NCBI GenBank assembly: GCA_038891035.1
Contig: JAWAEW010000002.1
Location: 22,476 to 86,475 of the forward strand
Length of the DNA: 64,000 nt
Direction: 5' to 3'
DNA from: Candidatus Anstonellaceae archaeon
Lineage (GTDB): Archaea > Micrarchaeota > Micrarchaeia > Anstonellales > Anstonellaceae
The notes beneath the pieces are model-generated. The model ran no database searches and was not told the origin of the DNA. It saw only the letters and a list, made by a program, of their open reading frames with translations. Made by a program: the position numbers and the translations under genes. Below, piece by piece: positions 38,306 to 46,846 of this stretch. Position 1 is the stretch's first letter. Each line of letters opens with the position of its first letter.

Positions 38306-39475
38306 TTGGTGAGAAAGATGAAGGATATCATTCTGCTGGTAGTCCTTTTCCTTGCTTTTGGCTGCGTGCAACAACAGACCCAGCTGCAAGTAAGCGAACA
38401 GCCACAGATAATGCCTGCTAACGAGACAAAAATCCAAAATCAGACAAAGGTAGAAGAGATATGCACAGGCAATATTGTGCAGAAGGACGGCTGTTACCTT
38501 GAACTTGCCGCAAAAGAGAAAAATCCAGAGTGGTGCAAGCAAATATATTCTGTAGACAAGACCGATGTTTGCTATAGTATGTTTGCAAACGAGAGTATGC
38601 AGTACTGTGAAAAAGTACTTCAAAAAGAGCTCAGAGAAATTTGCCTGACAGAGAACGCCAAAAAACTAAAAGATGAAAAGATCTGCTTGAGGATAGAAGA
38701 CGCCAAAAAGAGGGCCTCATGCCTTGAGCAGATTTTGCCTCATTGTATGCTGCTTAATGTGGAGGAAAGACCTCTCTGCTTTGCGCTTGAAAAGAAAGAT
38801 TATATGGAATGTCAAGGAGATTTTGCCTGCCTTCTGGCATATGCAAGGAACACCTCTGACCAGGCCGCCTGCTATGCGATGAAGGAGGAGAGAGAAAGGT
38901 ACTTCTGCCTTGCAGTCATCAAGCAAGACCCCTCTGTTTGCACACAGGCAAGCTTGGCGGCAATAAAGGATTGGTGCGTACAAAAATCAGCAGAGGAGCT
39001 TGACAGAATTGAAGCTTGCGACCTCATAACTGCGGGAACCATTTACATGGATGGCTGCTACTTTTATTTTGCTGCAAAAAAGAAGGACAGCACAATATGC
39101 ATGAAGGCTTCCCGTGAGGAAAAGAGGGATGAATGCCTGATAAATTATGCCATAAGCACAAGCGATAGCTCAGTGTGCAAAAATGTAATTGAATCTACTG
39201 CAAGGATATCATGCTATTACAAATCCGCAAAGGAAAATAGGATGCCATCGCTTTGCAACCCGCTTTCTACTGGCCAGCTGAAAAGGGAATGCTATTCACT
39301 CAGCATATTTTCAGAGTATGGTCCACTGGCTTCTGATTGCTATTTTGTAGAAAACCAAGAATGGAAAGATAAGTGCTTTAGGGAAGCTGCAATAAAGAGT
39401 TCAAATGCGAGTCTGTGTGATATGATAAGCCCTGGCTCGGATAAAGATTATTGCGAGGACATATTAGGAGGCTAG
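38306..39475 (+). CDS. cysteine-rich repeat lipoprotein (novel ~35-aa repeat)
   Basis: Signal peptide with lipobox LAFGC. About 9 degenerate repeats of the form DGCY-x-E/F-AAK-x6-C-x-Q/I...D-x-C. Confidence 0.5.
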   Translation: MVRKMKDIILLVVLFLAFGCVQQQTQLQVSEQPQIMPANETKIQNQTKVEEICTGNIVQKDGCYLELAAKEKNPEWCKQIYSVDKTDVCYSMFANESMQYCEKVLQKELREICLTENAKKLKDEKICLRIEDAKKRASCLEQILPHCMLLNVEERPLCFALEKKDYMECQGDFACLLAYARNTSDQAACYAMKEERERYFCLAVIKQDPSVCTQASLAAIKDWCVQKSAEELDRIEACDLITAGTIYMDGCYFYFAAKKKDSTICMKASREEKRDECLINYAISTSDSSVCKNVIESTARISCYYKSAKENRMPSLCNPLSTGQLKRECYSLSIFSEYGPLASDCYFVENQEWKDKCFREAAIKSSNASLCDMISPGSDKDYCEDILGG

Positions 39476-40200
39476 CTTTTCTTTTTTGCTTTTTTTGGCT
39501 TTTTTTGTTCTTCTTCAGCTTGAGCCATGGTTTGCTGCTGCACTTCAGTTTGCGCTTCCGGCTGGTTGGGAGCTTCTTGCGGCTCTTGTAGGGAAGATTC
39601 TTTTTGCTTTTCTGACTCAAATGCAGAAAGCGGAGTGGTAAATTCATCATAAGAGCCGATCTTGTTTTTTGCCATCAAGTACTCCCGAGCCAAAAGATAG
39701 AAGATAAGGGCTAGCGAACGCCGCCCCTTATTGTTGCATGGAACGACCCAGTCGATAAACATAGTCACATTGTCAGTATCGCAAAGACCGATTATGGGGA
39801 TGCCGACTTTGCCTGCCTCGATTACTGCTTGTTTTTCACCTTTCGGGTCGCACACTAAAAGCAATTTCGGCTCAACAAAGTCCTCTCTTGCAACATTGGT
39901 GAACAGACCAGGTATAAACCTACCTTGAAACACCTTTATTCCCGTAAGGGCAGAGAATACAGAGGCGGCATTACCAGAGTAAGTTCTTGAGGCAACGACT
40001 AGTATCTCTTCGGGCTCATATCTACCAAGCATTTTGGCTGCAAGTCGCAACCTTTCGTCAATTTTGCGCAAATCAAGCACATAAAGGCCGTCGTTTCTCA
40101 TTTTGTATATGAATTGCCTCATATCTACAGTCTTAAGTTTGGTTCCGATATGTATTCCAGCCTCAAGATAGGCTTCTTGCTTTATCAGCAAACTATCCAT
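39472..40200 (-). CDS. rps2: 30S ribosomal protein S2 (uS2) with ~45-aa acidic/Q-rich C-terminal tail
   Basis: LLIKQEAYLEAGIHIGTK and VLDLRKIDERLRLAAK in the conserved core. C-terminal tail ...QEPQEAPNQPEAQTEVQQQTMAQAEEEQKKPKKAKKKS. Confidence 0.9.
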   Translation of the reverse strand: MDSLLIKQEAYLEAGIHIGTKLKTVDMRQFIYKMRNDGLYVLDLRKIDERLRLAAKMLGRYEPEEILVVASRTYSGNAASVFSALTGIKVFQGRFIPGLFTNVAREDFVEPKLLLVCDPKGEKQAVIEAGKVGIPIIGLCDTDNVTMFIDWVVPCNNKGRRSLALIFYLLAREYLMAKNKIGSYDEFTTPLSAFESEKQKESSLQEPQEAPNQPEAQTEVQQQTMAQAEEEQKKPKKAKKKS

Positions 40201-40269
40201 ATTTTCACCTTTTTGCGGATGGCTGCAGGCACTTTCACACCACTCTCAGCACAACCGCTTGCGCATAAA

Positions 40270-40374
40270 TGGGGCCATCGAGATTTGAATTTTCGGAATC
40301 CGGCAAAATGCCAAGACCCACTCGAATCACCAGCACCCCAAGCTGGCAGGATAGCCAGGTTACCCCATGGCCCC
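40270..40374 (-). tRNA. tRNA-Pro (anticodon GGG) with ~31-nt intron inside the T-arm
   Basis: Acceptor GGGGCCA/TGGCCCC (7 bp), anticodon arm CCAGC-TTGGGGT-GCTGG. T-stem TCGAG...CTCGA is interrupted by a 31-nt insertion before the loop TTCAAAT. The D-arm is imperfect (3 bp plus a U-U mismatch). Confidence 0.45.
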
Positions 40375-40525
40375 TTATTTGTCGAAAGGCAATTAAAAAT
40401 CTTCCACCTTCCAAAGTGCGCCGGCAAAAGCTTCCAAAGCCTTGCCGGGCTTCAAGCAACCAACGTATGCAAAAAGATATATAAAAGATGAAGATGGGGA
40501 TAATGCAGAAAAAACTGGAATTAGC

Positions 40526-40741
40526 TTATCTTTTGCTTTTAACTGATTTGATTGTCATGAGGCGTTTTCTGCCACAGTTTTTGCATTCGATTTGGATGAT
40601 CTTTGTGATTTTTAGTTCTGGAGAAAGGCATTTATGGCAATAGGCATGTTCCAGTTCTTCTTCGAGGTTTGTTTTCGTCAGCTTTTCGGCGCCGTATGGC
40701 TTGTCATCGCAATCAATCAGGTGGGCCTGGGTTGCTTTCAT
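40526..40741 (-). CDS. small zinc-ribbon protein (CxxC...CxxC), possibly RpoP/Zn-ribbon r-protein-like
   Basis: 71 aa with YCHKC and ECKNCG separated by 15 aa. Sits between RpoN and S2, where RpoK and enolase sit in most archaea. Confidence 0.3.
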   Translation of the reverse strand: MKATQAHLIDCDDKPYGAEKLTKTNLEEELEHAYCHKCLSPELKITKIIQIECKNCGRKRLMTIKSVKSKR

Positions 40742-40783
40742 GCTAGAAACAGGCCAGCAAAATTTTTACAACTTTTGCAGGTC

Positions 40784-40981
40784 TCAGTAGCGCTTGTAGC
40801 GTGCAATCTTTTCCATTGCGTCAACGTGCGAAAGGAACATCCTGCGACAACAGTAGCGCTCAATGCCAAGCCAATCCAAAGTTTTTGCAGGATCCTCCCC
40901 GTTTTTTACCTTTTCAGAGTATTTCTCATAAAGATGACCGATCACTGCGCCACAGCTGAAGCATCTGACTGGGAAATACAT
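40784..40981 (-). CDS. rpoN: DNA-directed RNA polymerase subunit N (Rpo10)
   Basis: PVRCFSCGAVIG and RYCCRRM, the conserved Rpb10/RpoN zinc bundle. Confidence 0.8.
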   Translation of the reverse strand: MYFPVRCFSCGAVIGHLYEKYSEKVKNGEDPAKTLDWLGIERYCCRRMFLSHVDAMEKIARYKRY

Positions 40982-40991
40982 CTAATACACC

Positions 40992-41429
40992 TCACCTGTA
41001 TGACTTTTGGAATCGTGCGCGAGCCTTTGGGCCTTTGTACTTTTTAGGCTCAATTCTCCTTGAATCCTCTGCAAGCAAAAACCGATCGTATTCAAGCATT
41101 TTTGCCTTAAGCTCGGCGTCTCCTGAAAAACCACAAAGCGCACGTGCAATTGCAACGCGGCAAGCCTGCGCTTGCCCCATCTGGCCCCCTCCAAACACAT
41201 TCACTGAAATATCTACTTTTGAAGCAAGTTGTGGGGCAAACCTGAGAGGCTCTGAAATGATTGCCTGCACATATTTGTTGTCAATTGCATTCAGGTTTAT
41301 GCTATTGATCCTAACAACCCCTCTCCCTGGCTTGATAGATGCCCTTGCAATGCTTTCTTTTCTTTTACCTCTGTAAACTTGAGGCTTTTCTTCTTTTTTT
41401 GCTTTCTTTTTCTTTTTTGCAACTGCCAT
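40992..41429 (-). CDS. rps9: 30S ribosomal protein S9 (uS9)
   Basis: C-terminal GPKARARFQKSYR and GGGQMGQAQACRVAIARAL. Confidence 0.9.
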   Translation of the reverse strand: MAVAKKKKKAKKEEKPQVYRGKRKESIARASIKPGRGVVRINSINLNAIDNKYVQAIISEPLRFAPQLASKVDISVNVFGGGQMGQAQACRVAIARALCGFSGDAELKAKMLEYDRFLLAEDSRRIEPKKYKGPKARARFQKSYR

Positions 41430-41441
41430 AAAGAACCACCA

Positions 41442-41873
41442 TTAAAGATTTCTTCTTCCTTGATAACCAAGATGCCTGCACAAAGTCTCAAGAGTGAAAG
41501 TCCCTTGTTTGTCTGGCGAAATTGTCTGAGGAATCTTTTGGGCAGAGCCCTTCAGATTTTCTGGTGTTGAAGAGACTACTTTGAGTCTTTTGTAGGCTTC
41601 TCTTCCTCTTTTTGAATCCCAAGGAAGCATACCTCGGATTATGCGTCGCAGAAGAAGGTGTGGAACCCGTGGCCAGACAGGTGAATGTTCTGGTTTTCGC
41701 TTGTCCTTTTGGCTTCTGCGCGAGAGATATTTTTCCTTTGCTACAAGAAGGGAGCCTTTCATCAACGCTTTCTCTGCATTCACAATAGTAACCTCTTTGC
41801 CTGCAAGCAACATTTTGCTTACTGCTGCGCCAAGCCGCCCCACGATTGCATCCTGCGCATCAACAACAACCAT
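41442..41873 (-). CDS. rpl13: 50S ribosomal protein L13 (uL13)
   Basis: VVVDAQDAIVGRLGAAVSKMLLAGKEVTIVNAEKAL. Confidence 0.9.
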   Translation of the reverse strand: MVVVDAQDAIVGRLGAAVSKMLLAGKEVTIVNAEKALMKGSLLVAKEKYLSRRSQKDKRKPEHSPVWPRVPHLLLRRIIRGMLPWDSKRGREAYKRLKVVSSTPENLKGSAQKIPQTISPDKQGTFTLETLCRHLGYQGRRNL

Positions 41874-41882
41874 CTTTTCACC

Positions 41883-42236
41883 CTATTTGATTATTACGTG
41901 GTCCTTTCCAGAAGGACTCTGTTTTGCAGCTTGAGCAATTGAAAGAATTTTCCCTCCTGCCTCCTCGATTGCCTTTTTTGCAGAGGCTGAAAATGAAGCT
42001 GCTGCAATCGCAATTTTTTTGGTTAGCCTTCCTGTTCCCAAAACCTTGTCAGGTACAACTACCACTGAACCTTCTTTTGCATATTCAGAAATTTTGCTTA
42101 AATTGACTCCTTTTTTTGAGCGTGAAGGAGAAGAAAGCAGATTGAGCACCCTCTTCCAGAACTTGGCTTTGCGCGCCTCGGCAGGCATCTCAGCAACAAT
42201 CTTCAAGTTTTTCTCTGAAAATTTTGGTCTTCTCAT
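41883..42236 (-). CDS. rpl18e: 50S ribosomal protein L18e
   Basis: From the internal ATG: KISEYAKEGSVVVVPDKVLGTGRLTKKIAIAAASFSASAKKAIEEAGG. The track ORF's first 34 codons read through tRNA-Leu. Confidence 0.8.
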   Translation of the reverse strand: MRRPKFSEKNLKIVAEMPAEARKAKFWKRVLNLLSSPSRSKKGVNLSKISEYAKEGSVVVVPDKVLGTGRLTKKIAIAAASFSASAKKAIEEAGGKILSIAQAAKQSPSGKDHVIIK

Positions 42237-42252
42237 AGCCAACACCACAGAA

Positions 42253-42338
42253 TGTGGGGGAAGGGATTTGAACCCTCGCAGCCCTAAAGGCACCAGCCCC
42301 TCAAGCTGGCGCATTTGACCAGGCTCTGCCACCCCCAC
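42253..42338 (-). tRNA. tRNA-Leu (anticodon GAG), intron-less, type II
   Basis: Acceptor GTGGGGG/CCCCCAC, anticodon arm CCAGC-TTGAGGG-GCTGG, 15-nt variable arm, T-arm GAGGG-TTCAAAT-CCCTT. Confidence 0.8.
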
Positions 42339-42341
42339 ATA

Positions 42342-42929
42342 TTACTTTTCTTTTACAGACTTCACCTCTTCAAGCTTCTTTTCCAACTCATCACATTTTT
42401 GGATGATTAAATCTGCAGTCCTTGCAAGTAATTCTCTTGGTTCCAGCTGAAAGAATGATTCCACTTTAAAGCGAAATTTATCTGGAGCAAGAATCTCGTA
42501 TGAAAGCAGGCCAGGCTGGAATTTTGCATGCTTCTTGCCGCAGCCCATCCTGGCTTTTGCTTCTAACCTTATGCTTTGGCCGTCAAGCAGCTTCACAAGC
42601 GGGATGTCGCCAATTGCAACCTTCACTTTTGAATCTGTGCTTTTCAGTTCCTTAGAATACACTGTTGTAGGTCCAGATGCTTCAAGCGTAAAACCTATTT
42701 CATCATTTTCTTTGCCTGAATCAGAAAGAATCGGAATCTGCCCTATGCGGTGTGCAATATACTCGTCAAACAGCGCAGAGCTATTTTCGTAGAAAGTAAC
42801 TGTGTCTATTGCAAAGACTTTCACTTGGCTTATTCCAAAGCGCCTGATTAGGTTGGCAAAATGCACCGAACTTCCTGAAAGAATAAAGTTGATTCTGTTA
42901 TCTTTTTCTAATTCTATTTCGATCATCAT
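42342..42929 (-). CDS. rpoD: DNA-directed RNA polymerase subunit D (Rpo3), short form
   Basis: RINFILSGSSVHFANLIRR and DEYIAHRIGQIPIL. Only 195 aa and without the Cys cluster of the 4Fe-4S insertion domain. Confidence 0.8.
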   Translation of the reverse strand: MMIEIELEKDNRINFILSGSSVHFANLIRRFGISQVKVFAIDTVTFYENSSALFDEYIAHRIGQIPILSDSGKENDEIGFTLEASGPTTVYSKELKSTDSKVKVAIGDIPLVKLLDGQSIRLEAKARMGCGKKHAKFQPGLLSYEILAPDKFRFKVESFFQLEPRELLARTADLIIQKCDELEKKLEEVKSVKEK

Positions 42930-42940
42930 ACGACCACCGA

Positions 42941-43474
42941 TTATACGCGCCTTCCTCTTCTGCCACCGGGCCTTTTTGTGGTGTCTGTTGGTATAGGTGT
43001 AACATCTTCGATTTTTCCAATTTTAAGGCCCATCCTTGCAAGCGAACGCACCACTGCCTGGGCTCCTGCACCAGGGGTCTTGGATTTGTGCCCGCCTGGC
43101 GCTCGGATTCTGATGTGCAAGCCTGTAATGCCGCGATTTTTGATCTCATTTGCAACTTTTGCTGCTGCCTGCATTGCTGCATATGGTTTGCCTTCTTCCC
43201 TATCGGCCTTAACCATCATCCCGCCTGAAGCCTTGGCGATGGTCTCGGCACCGGACAAGTCAGTAACTGTAATGATGGTGTCATTCTTGGAGGAATAAAC
43301 ATGGCAGATTGCCCACCTTTGCTGGCGATGTGATTGTTGCTGTTGCGGTGGTTGTTGTTGCTGTGCTGCCGCTTCTTTTTGCTGCCCGGATGCAGATGAT
43401 TGACTTTCTTCAGCCGGCGATCTATTTTCTGTCTTTTTCCTTTCCTGCTCTTCATTTGCCACATGAATCACCAT
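42941..43474 (-). CDS. rps11: 30S ribosomal protein S11 (uS11) with ~50-aa Q/A/E-rich N-terminal extension
   Basis: Conserved core [10 protein letters not shown]...[22 protein letters not shown]. The ATG overlaps the S4 stop by 1 nt (TAATG) with GAGG upstream, so the extension is translated. Confidence 0.9.
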   Translation of the reverse strand: MVIHVANEEQERKKTENRSPAEESQSSASGQQKEAAAQQQQPPQQQQSHRQQRWAICHVYSSKNDTIITVTDLSGAETIAKASGGMMVKADREEGKPYAAMQAAAKVANEIKNRGITGLHIRIRAPGGHKSKTPGAGAQAVVRSLARMGLKIGKIEDVTPIPTDTTKRPGGRRGRRV

Positions 43475-43992
43475 TATGCAGCCTCAGCTTTTGGCTGCTT
43501 GTTTTCTGGGACAGAAAGGTCAATAGGCTTGTAGTAGCCTATTTGCTTTTCTTCAGCAGAAGAAACCATATAGGACGGCACAGTTACTTTCTTTCCATTA
43601 ATTGCAATAAAGCCATGTGTAATCAGTTGGCGAGCCTGTTTTATAGTGCGAGCCAAGCCCTTCTTGAAAACAATTGTTTGGAGCCGTCGGTCAAGGAAGT
43701 TTTCAACTGAAAGCGAAAGGATATCATCCAGCTTCGCATTTTCTGAAACTATTCCAAGCTTTGCCAACTTCTTTATCAGCGAGGATGCTTTTTTCTCGCC
43801 TTCCTCACCTAAAGACAGATACTTCATAGCATTCCTTCTTGCCCTTTTGAGAAGGTGAAGGGTTACCCAAACTTCGCGGCTATTTTTCAATCCGTAGATA
43901 CGCTTTAGCCTGCTTTCAGTGCGTATCCTTTGGGCGTCCCAAATTTTCTTTGGGCTTTCGTACTTATTTTTGAACTTGCGAGGGTCTCCCAT
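43474..43992 (-). CDS. rps4: 30S ribosomal protein S4 (uS4)
   Basis: From internal [20 protein letters not shown]4 domain [37 protein letters not shown]. Confidence 0.9.
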   Translation of the reverse strand: MGDPRKFKNKYESPKKIWDAQRIRTESRLKRIYGLKNSREVWVTLHLLKRARRNAMKYLSLGEEGEKKASSLIKKLAKLGIVSENAKLDDILSLSVENFLDRRLQTIVFKKGLARTIKQARQLITHGFIAINGKKVTVPSYMVSSAEEKQIGYYKPIDLSVPENKQPKAEAA

Positions 43993-43996
43993 ACTA

Positions 43997-44668
43997 TCAC
44001 TTCTTTGCTGCTTCTTGTTTCTTTGCAGGCGAAGGCTTGGCTGCGCTCTTCTCTTGGGCAGCCGCACCTGTTTGAGCTGCCGCTGCGCTGCCTGCTTTTG
44101 CAAGAGTTGATTTGCGAATCACTCCAACAGTCATGCCAGTCCTTCCCGTGCTGCGGGTGTGCTGGCCTCTGACTTTTTGACCATATGTATGCCTGAAACC
44201 TCTCCAAGTATATGCTTCCTTTTCATGGTCTATATCCTGCTTGACTGCATAAACCAGGTCAGCTCCAACTACGTGCATATCTTTCCCAGTCATAATGTCT
44301 TTTCTTCTATTAAGCATCCAAGAGGGGATTCCGTATTCGAGTGGATTGTGAATGATATGCTCAAGCTTAGATACTTGCTCTTCTGAAAGCTCACCTACTA
44401 ATGTATTTTCGTTTATGCCCAAAACTCCATAAGCCTTGGAAGATATAACTTGACTTAGGTTTATTCCGATGCCTTTGATGGATGTAAGAGCACGCCATAG
44501 TGGAAGATTCCCTTTTACATCTTTTCCTGCGATCCGGACCACGCCTTTTATTTCTTTTCCGGAAGGAGAAACCATCGGCTTTTGCTGCGGCTTTCCTGGC
44601 TGAGGCTGGCCTCTTCGAGTATCAGCTTGGCCCTCTGGCCGCTCTCTTTTTCCTTGCTTATCTTTCAT
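43997..44668 (-). CDS. rps13: 30S ribosomal protein S13 (uS13) with N- and C-terminal low-complexity extensions
   Basis: Core VRIAGKDVKGNLPLWRALTSIKGIG...RGFRHTYGQKVRGQHTRSTGRTG. C-terminal tail A/K/Q-rich. Confidence 0.9.
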   Translation of the reverse strand: MKDKQGKRERPEGQADTRRGQPQPGKPQQKPMVSPSGKEIKGVVRIAGKDVKGNLPLWRALTSIKGIGINLSQVISSKAYGVLGINENTLVGELSEEQVSKLEHIIHNPLEYGIPSWMLNRRKDIMTGKDMHVVGADLVYAVKQDIDHEKEAYTWRGFRHTYGQKVRGQHTRSTGRTGMTVGVIRKSTLAKAGSAAAAQTGAAAQEKSAAKPSPAKKQEAAKK

Positions 44669-44686
44669 ATTTCTTCACCTTTAAAG

Positions 44687-44813
44687 CGCCGGGAATGGGA
44701 TTTTTTGGCGGCGCTGCTTGGATTCAAAAAACTCCAAGCACAGCCTGAACCCATACGGCCTTTCGACCACACGCTCTCCAGGCGTGCGCACTACCAGGTT
44801 ATGCGATCCCGGC
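44687..44813 (-). tRNA. tRNA-Ser (anticodon GGA) with ~42-nt intron in the T-loop
   Basis: Acceptor GCCGGGA/TCCCGGC (7 bp), 3-bp D-stem with D-loop TAACCTGGTAG (as in the other Ser tRNAs here), anticodon arm CACGC-CTGGAGA-GCGTG, variable arm GGTC-GAAA-GGCC. T-stem ATGGG...CCCAT encloses TTCA[42 nt, itself two hairpins]AAT. Confidence 0.5.
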
Positions 44814-44822
44814 AATTTCAAA

Positions 44823-45740
44823 TCACCAACCTTTTGGGTAAACCCCCCTTTGCATGAAAATCCTTTTAGGGACAGCCGCAACGCCAGTTTTGGTGACTGT
44901 AAGCTCTGAGGAAGACATCTGGGCACAGGCCACGCCGACAAGTTCCCCTTTTTTGCTTATCAGTGCGACCAGCGAGCCGCGCGTGAAACTCACGTCGTGC
45001 CCCTCGACCCCAGGCGCATACAACGGCGCCCCGGCGCAGACTGCCTCAATGGCAGAGTCCCTAAGGACTATTCTCGGAAGCGCAAGCGCTTCGTCCGCAG
45101 GGATGAGCATGCTGCGGATCCTGCTCTCATCATGCTTTTCTTTTGCCAGCCAAGCTGCATCAGAAAGATCATGAAGGGTGTGGGCAGAGGCTTCTGTTAT
45201 AGAGCCTACGCAGGTCCTTCGAAGCTCAAGCATCTTTGCCCCGCCGAAATACGGGGCAAAATCCTCTACCAGCACACGAATATATGTGCCTGCTTGGCAG
45301 CGCACTTCGAAAAGCACGTCGCTGGAGCGTATTTGGAGAGGCTTAATATAATAAACCTTGCGTTTGCGCGGCTTTTTTGCAACTGCAGATTCTTTCGGAG
45401 GAGTTTGCACTATCTCTCCTACAAACCTTTCAAATACACTGCGAACTTCCTTTTCAGTTGGCTTTGTGCCTGTGCGCATTAGGCAAACATAGGTTTTATC
45501 TTTGCCTGTCATATAGGAAAGGAGTTTGGTTGCTTTTCCAAGGGCGACTGGCAAAACCCCTGAAACTTGAGGGTCCAGCGTTCCGCTGTGACCGCTTTTG
45601 TTTATTCCCAAGATCTTTCTGACCCACGCCGAAACCTCATGGCTGGAAGGGCCCCTCGGCTTGTCTATAATTACAAATGAACAGTCCAAAAGTTGTCTGA
45701 GGCTGCATGACTCTCTGGTAGGAGAAGATATGAATGCCAT
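44823..45740 (-). CDS. cbf5: tRNA/rRNA pseudouridine synthase Cbf5 (H/ACA RNP catalytic subunit) with PUA domain
   Basis: TruB motifs IIDKPRGPSSHEV and HSGTLDPQVSGVLPV. C-terminal PUA. Confidence 0.85.
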   Translation of the reverse strand: MAFISSPTRESCSLRQLLDCSFVIIDKPRGPSSHEVSAWVRKILGINKSGHSGTLDPQVSGVLPVALGKATKLLSYMTGKDKTYVCLMRTGTKPTEKEVRSVFERFVGEIVQTPPKESAVAKKPRKRKVYYIKPLQIRSSDVLFEVRCQAGTYIRVLVEDFAPYFGGAKMLELRRTCVGSITEASAHTLHDLSDAAWLAKEKHDESRIRSMLIPADEALALPRIVLRDSAIEAVCAGAPLYAPGVEGHDVSFTRGSLVALISKKGELVGVACAQMSSSELTVTKTGVAAVPKRIFMQRGVYPKGW

Positions 45741-45747
45741 AAAAATA

Positions 45748-45948
45748 TTAGTTTATGCTGACGATTGTTTCGGTAGGCTCAAGGTGGAGGACCGAACATT
45801 TTCTCTCTGGCTTTTTCTTGCGTGCCTGCGAACGTATCATCACAAAATTTTTATCTATTATTTTTGTGACCACTACCTTTTGACCAGCGTCCCTTCCTTT
45901 TGTCTTAATGCAAACTCTTCCAACTTGAATTGCTGCCATAAAAATCAC
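45748..45948 (-). CDS. rpl14e: 50S ribosomal protein L14e
   Basis: KOW-like VGRVCIKTKGRDAGQKVVV. 66 aa. Confidence 0.7.
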   Translation of the reverse strand: MIFMAAIQVGRVCIKTKGRDAGQKVVVTKIIDKNFVMIRSQARKKKPERKCSVLHLEPTETIVSIN

Positions 45949-46490
45949 CGCTTCTTTTGCTTAGATGCGCCTTTTTTAAATCCCTTTGCCTTTGCAGCAC
46001 AGCAGATTATCTCTGCTGATTGCTTCGGGTGGAATTTTTCTGTGTTAATCACCAAATCGAAACCAGAATGATCGTAAATATCTATTCCGTATATTCTCAG
46101 GTATCTTTGCCTGTTGCTTTCATCTCTTTGACTTATATGCTGCTGTGCCTCTTCAGAAGTCATGCCGTCCCTTTGTGCTATTCTTTGCGCTCTTGCAGCT
46201 GCTGATGCATTTAGCCAGATTTTCAAGTCTGCATCTTTTATCATCCATGGACCAAGCCAGGTGGTAACTACGCAGTTTCCTTTTGCCTGCTTTATTAAAG
46301 CTTTGTCAAAATTTTTGTCTATACTACTGTTTTGCTCTGCTTTTTTGTGAAATTCCATAAGGCTGATTTTTGATTTTTTTGCAAGGGTTTTGAAAGTAGG
46401 ATTGATAAGTTTCATGCCGAGCTTTTTGGCCACCAGCAATCCTATGGAGTTCTTTCCGCTTCCTGAAAGGCCAGAGATGCAGATCTTCAT
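45945..46490 (-). CDS. cmk: cytidylate kinase, archaeal type
   Basis: P-loop ISGLSGSGKNS. 181 aa. Canonical position between L14e and the DUF106/adk genes. Confidence 0.8.
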   Translation of the reverse strand: MKICISGLSGSGKNSIGLLVAKKLGMKLINPTFKTLAKKSKISLMEFHKKAEQNSSIDKNFDKALIKQAKGNCVVTTWLGPWMIKDADLKIWLNASAAARAQRIAQRDGMTSEEAQQHISQRDESNRQRYLRIYGIDIYDHSGFDLVINTEKFHPKQSAEIICCAAKAKGFKKGASKQKKR

Positions 46491-46519
46491 TTATACCACT
46501 GTGATGCACTGCATATACT

Positions 46520-46846
46520 TTACTGCCTCACATAAGGCAAAAGCCTTACCTCGATTTCTTCTAGCTTGATCGCACCTTCTTTCAGGCGGTTGCGCAGCAC
46601 AAGCACTCTACTTGAACACGCACTGCAAAGCTGCCCCCCGAATTTCCTGTTTGGGGCTCTACTAGATGGAGTAAGGGAAGGGTCAGAAGATACTGCCTGA
46701 AGAGCACTGTTACAGATTGCACAATGGTGGTTCTTGAATTTTTTGCGTCTCTTGTAGTGTATTACTACTCCTCTTTTTGGAGTGCGCCTGAAAATTTTTC
46801 TTACCGACCTAGAGCGATTTTTTGGGACTGGCATAACACACCTCAT
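46520..46846 (-). CDS. rpl34e: 50S ribosomal protein L34e
   Basis: RSRSVRKIFRRTPKRGVVIHYKRRK and CAICNSAL...CSAC zinc ribbon. Confidence 0.75.
   Translation of the reverse strand: MRCVMPVPKNRSRSVRKIFRRTPKRGVVIHYKRRKKFKNHHCAICNSALQAVSSDPSLTPSSRAPNRKFGGQLCSACSSRVLVLRNRLKEGAIKLEEIEVRLLPYVRQ

Noticed and set aside
40114-40491. Several 70-125-aa ORFs on both strands between S2 and the Zn-ribbon gene
   Set aside because: They overlap the tRNA-Pro candidate with its 7-bp acceptor stem and T-loop TTCAAAT, and show no coding signature.
41883-42338. Track start of L18e ORF at 42338
   Set aside because: The first 34 codons are a read-through of tRNA-Leu(GAG). The conserved L18e sequence begins at the internal ATG at 42236.
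44997-46071. Plus-strand ORFs (161 and 157 aa) across cbf5, L14e and cmk
   Set aside because: Antisense to three conserved minus-strand genes.
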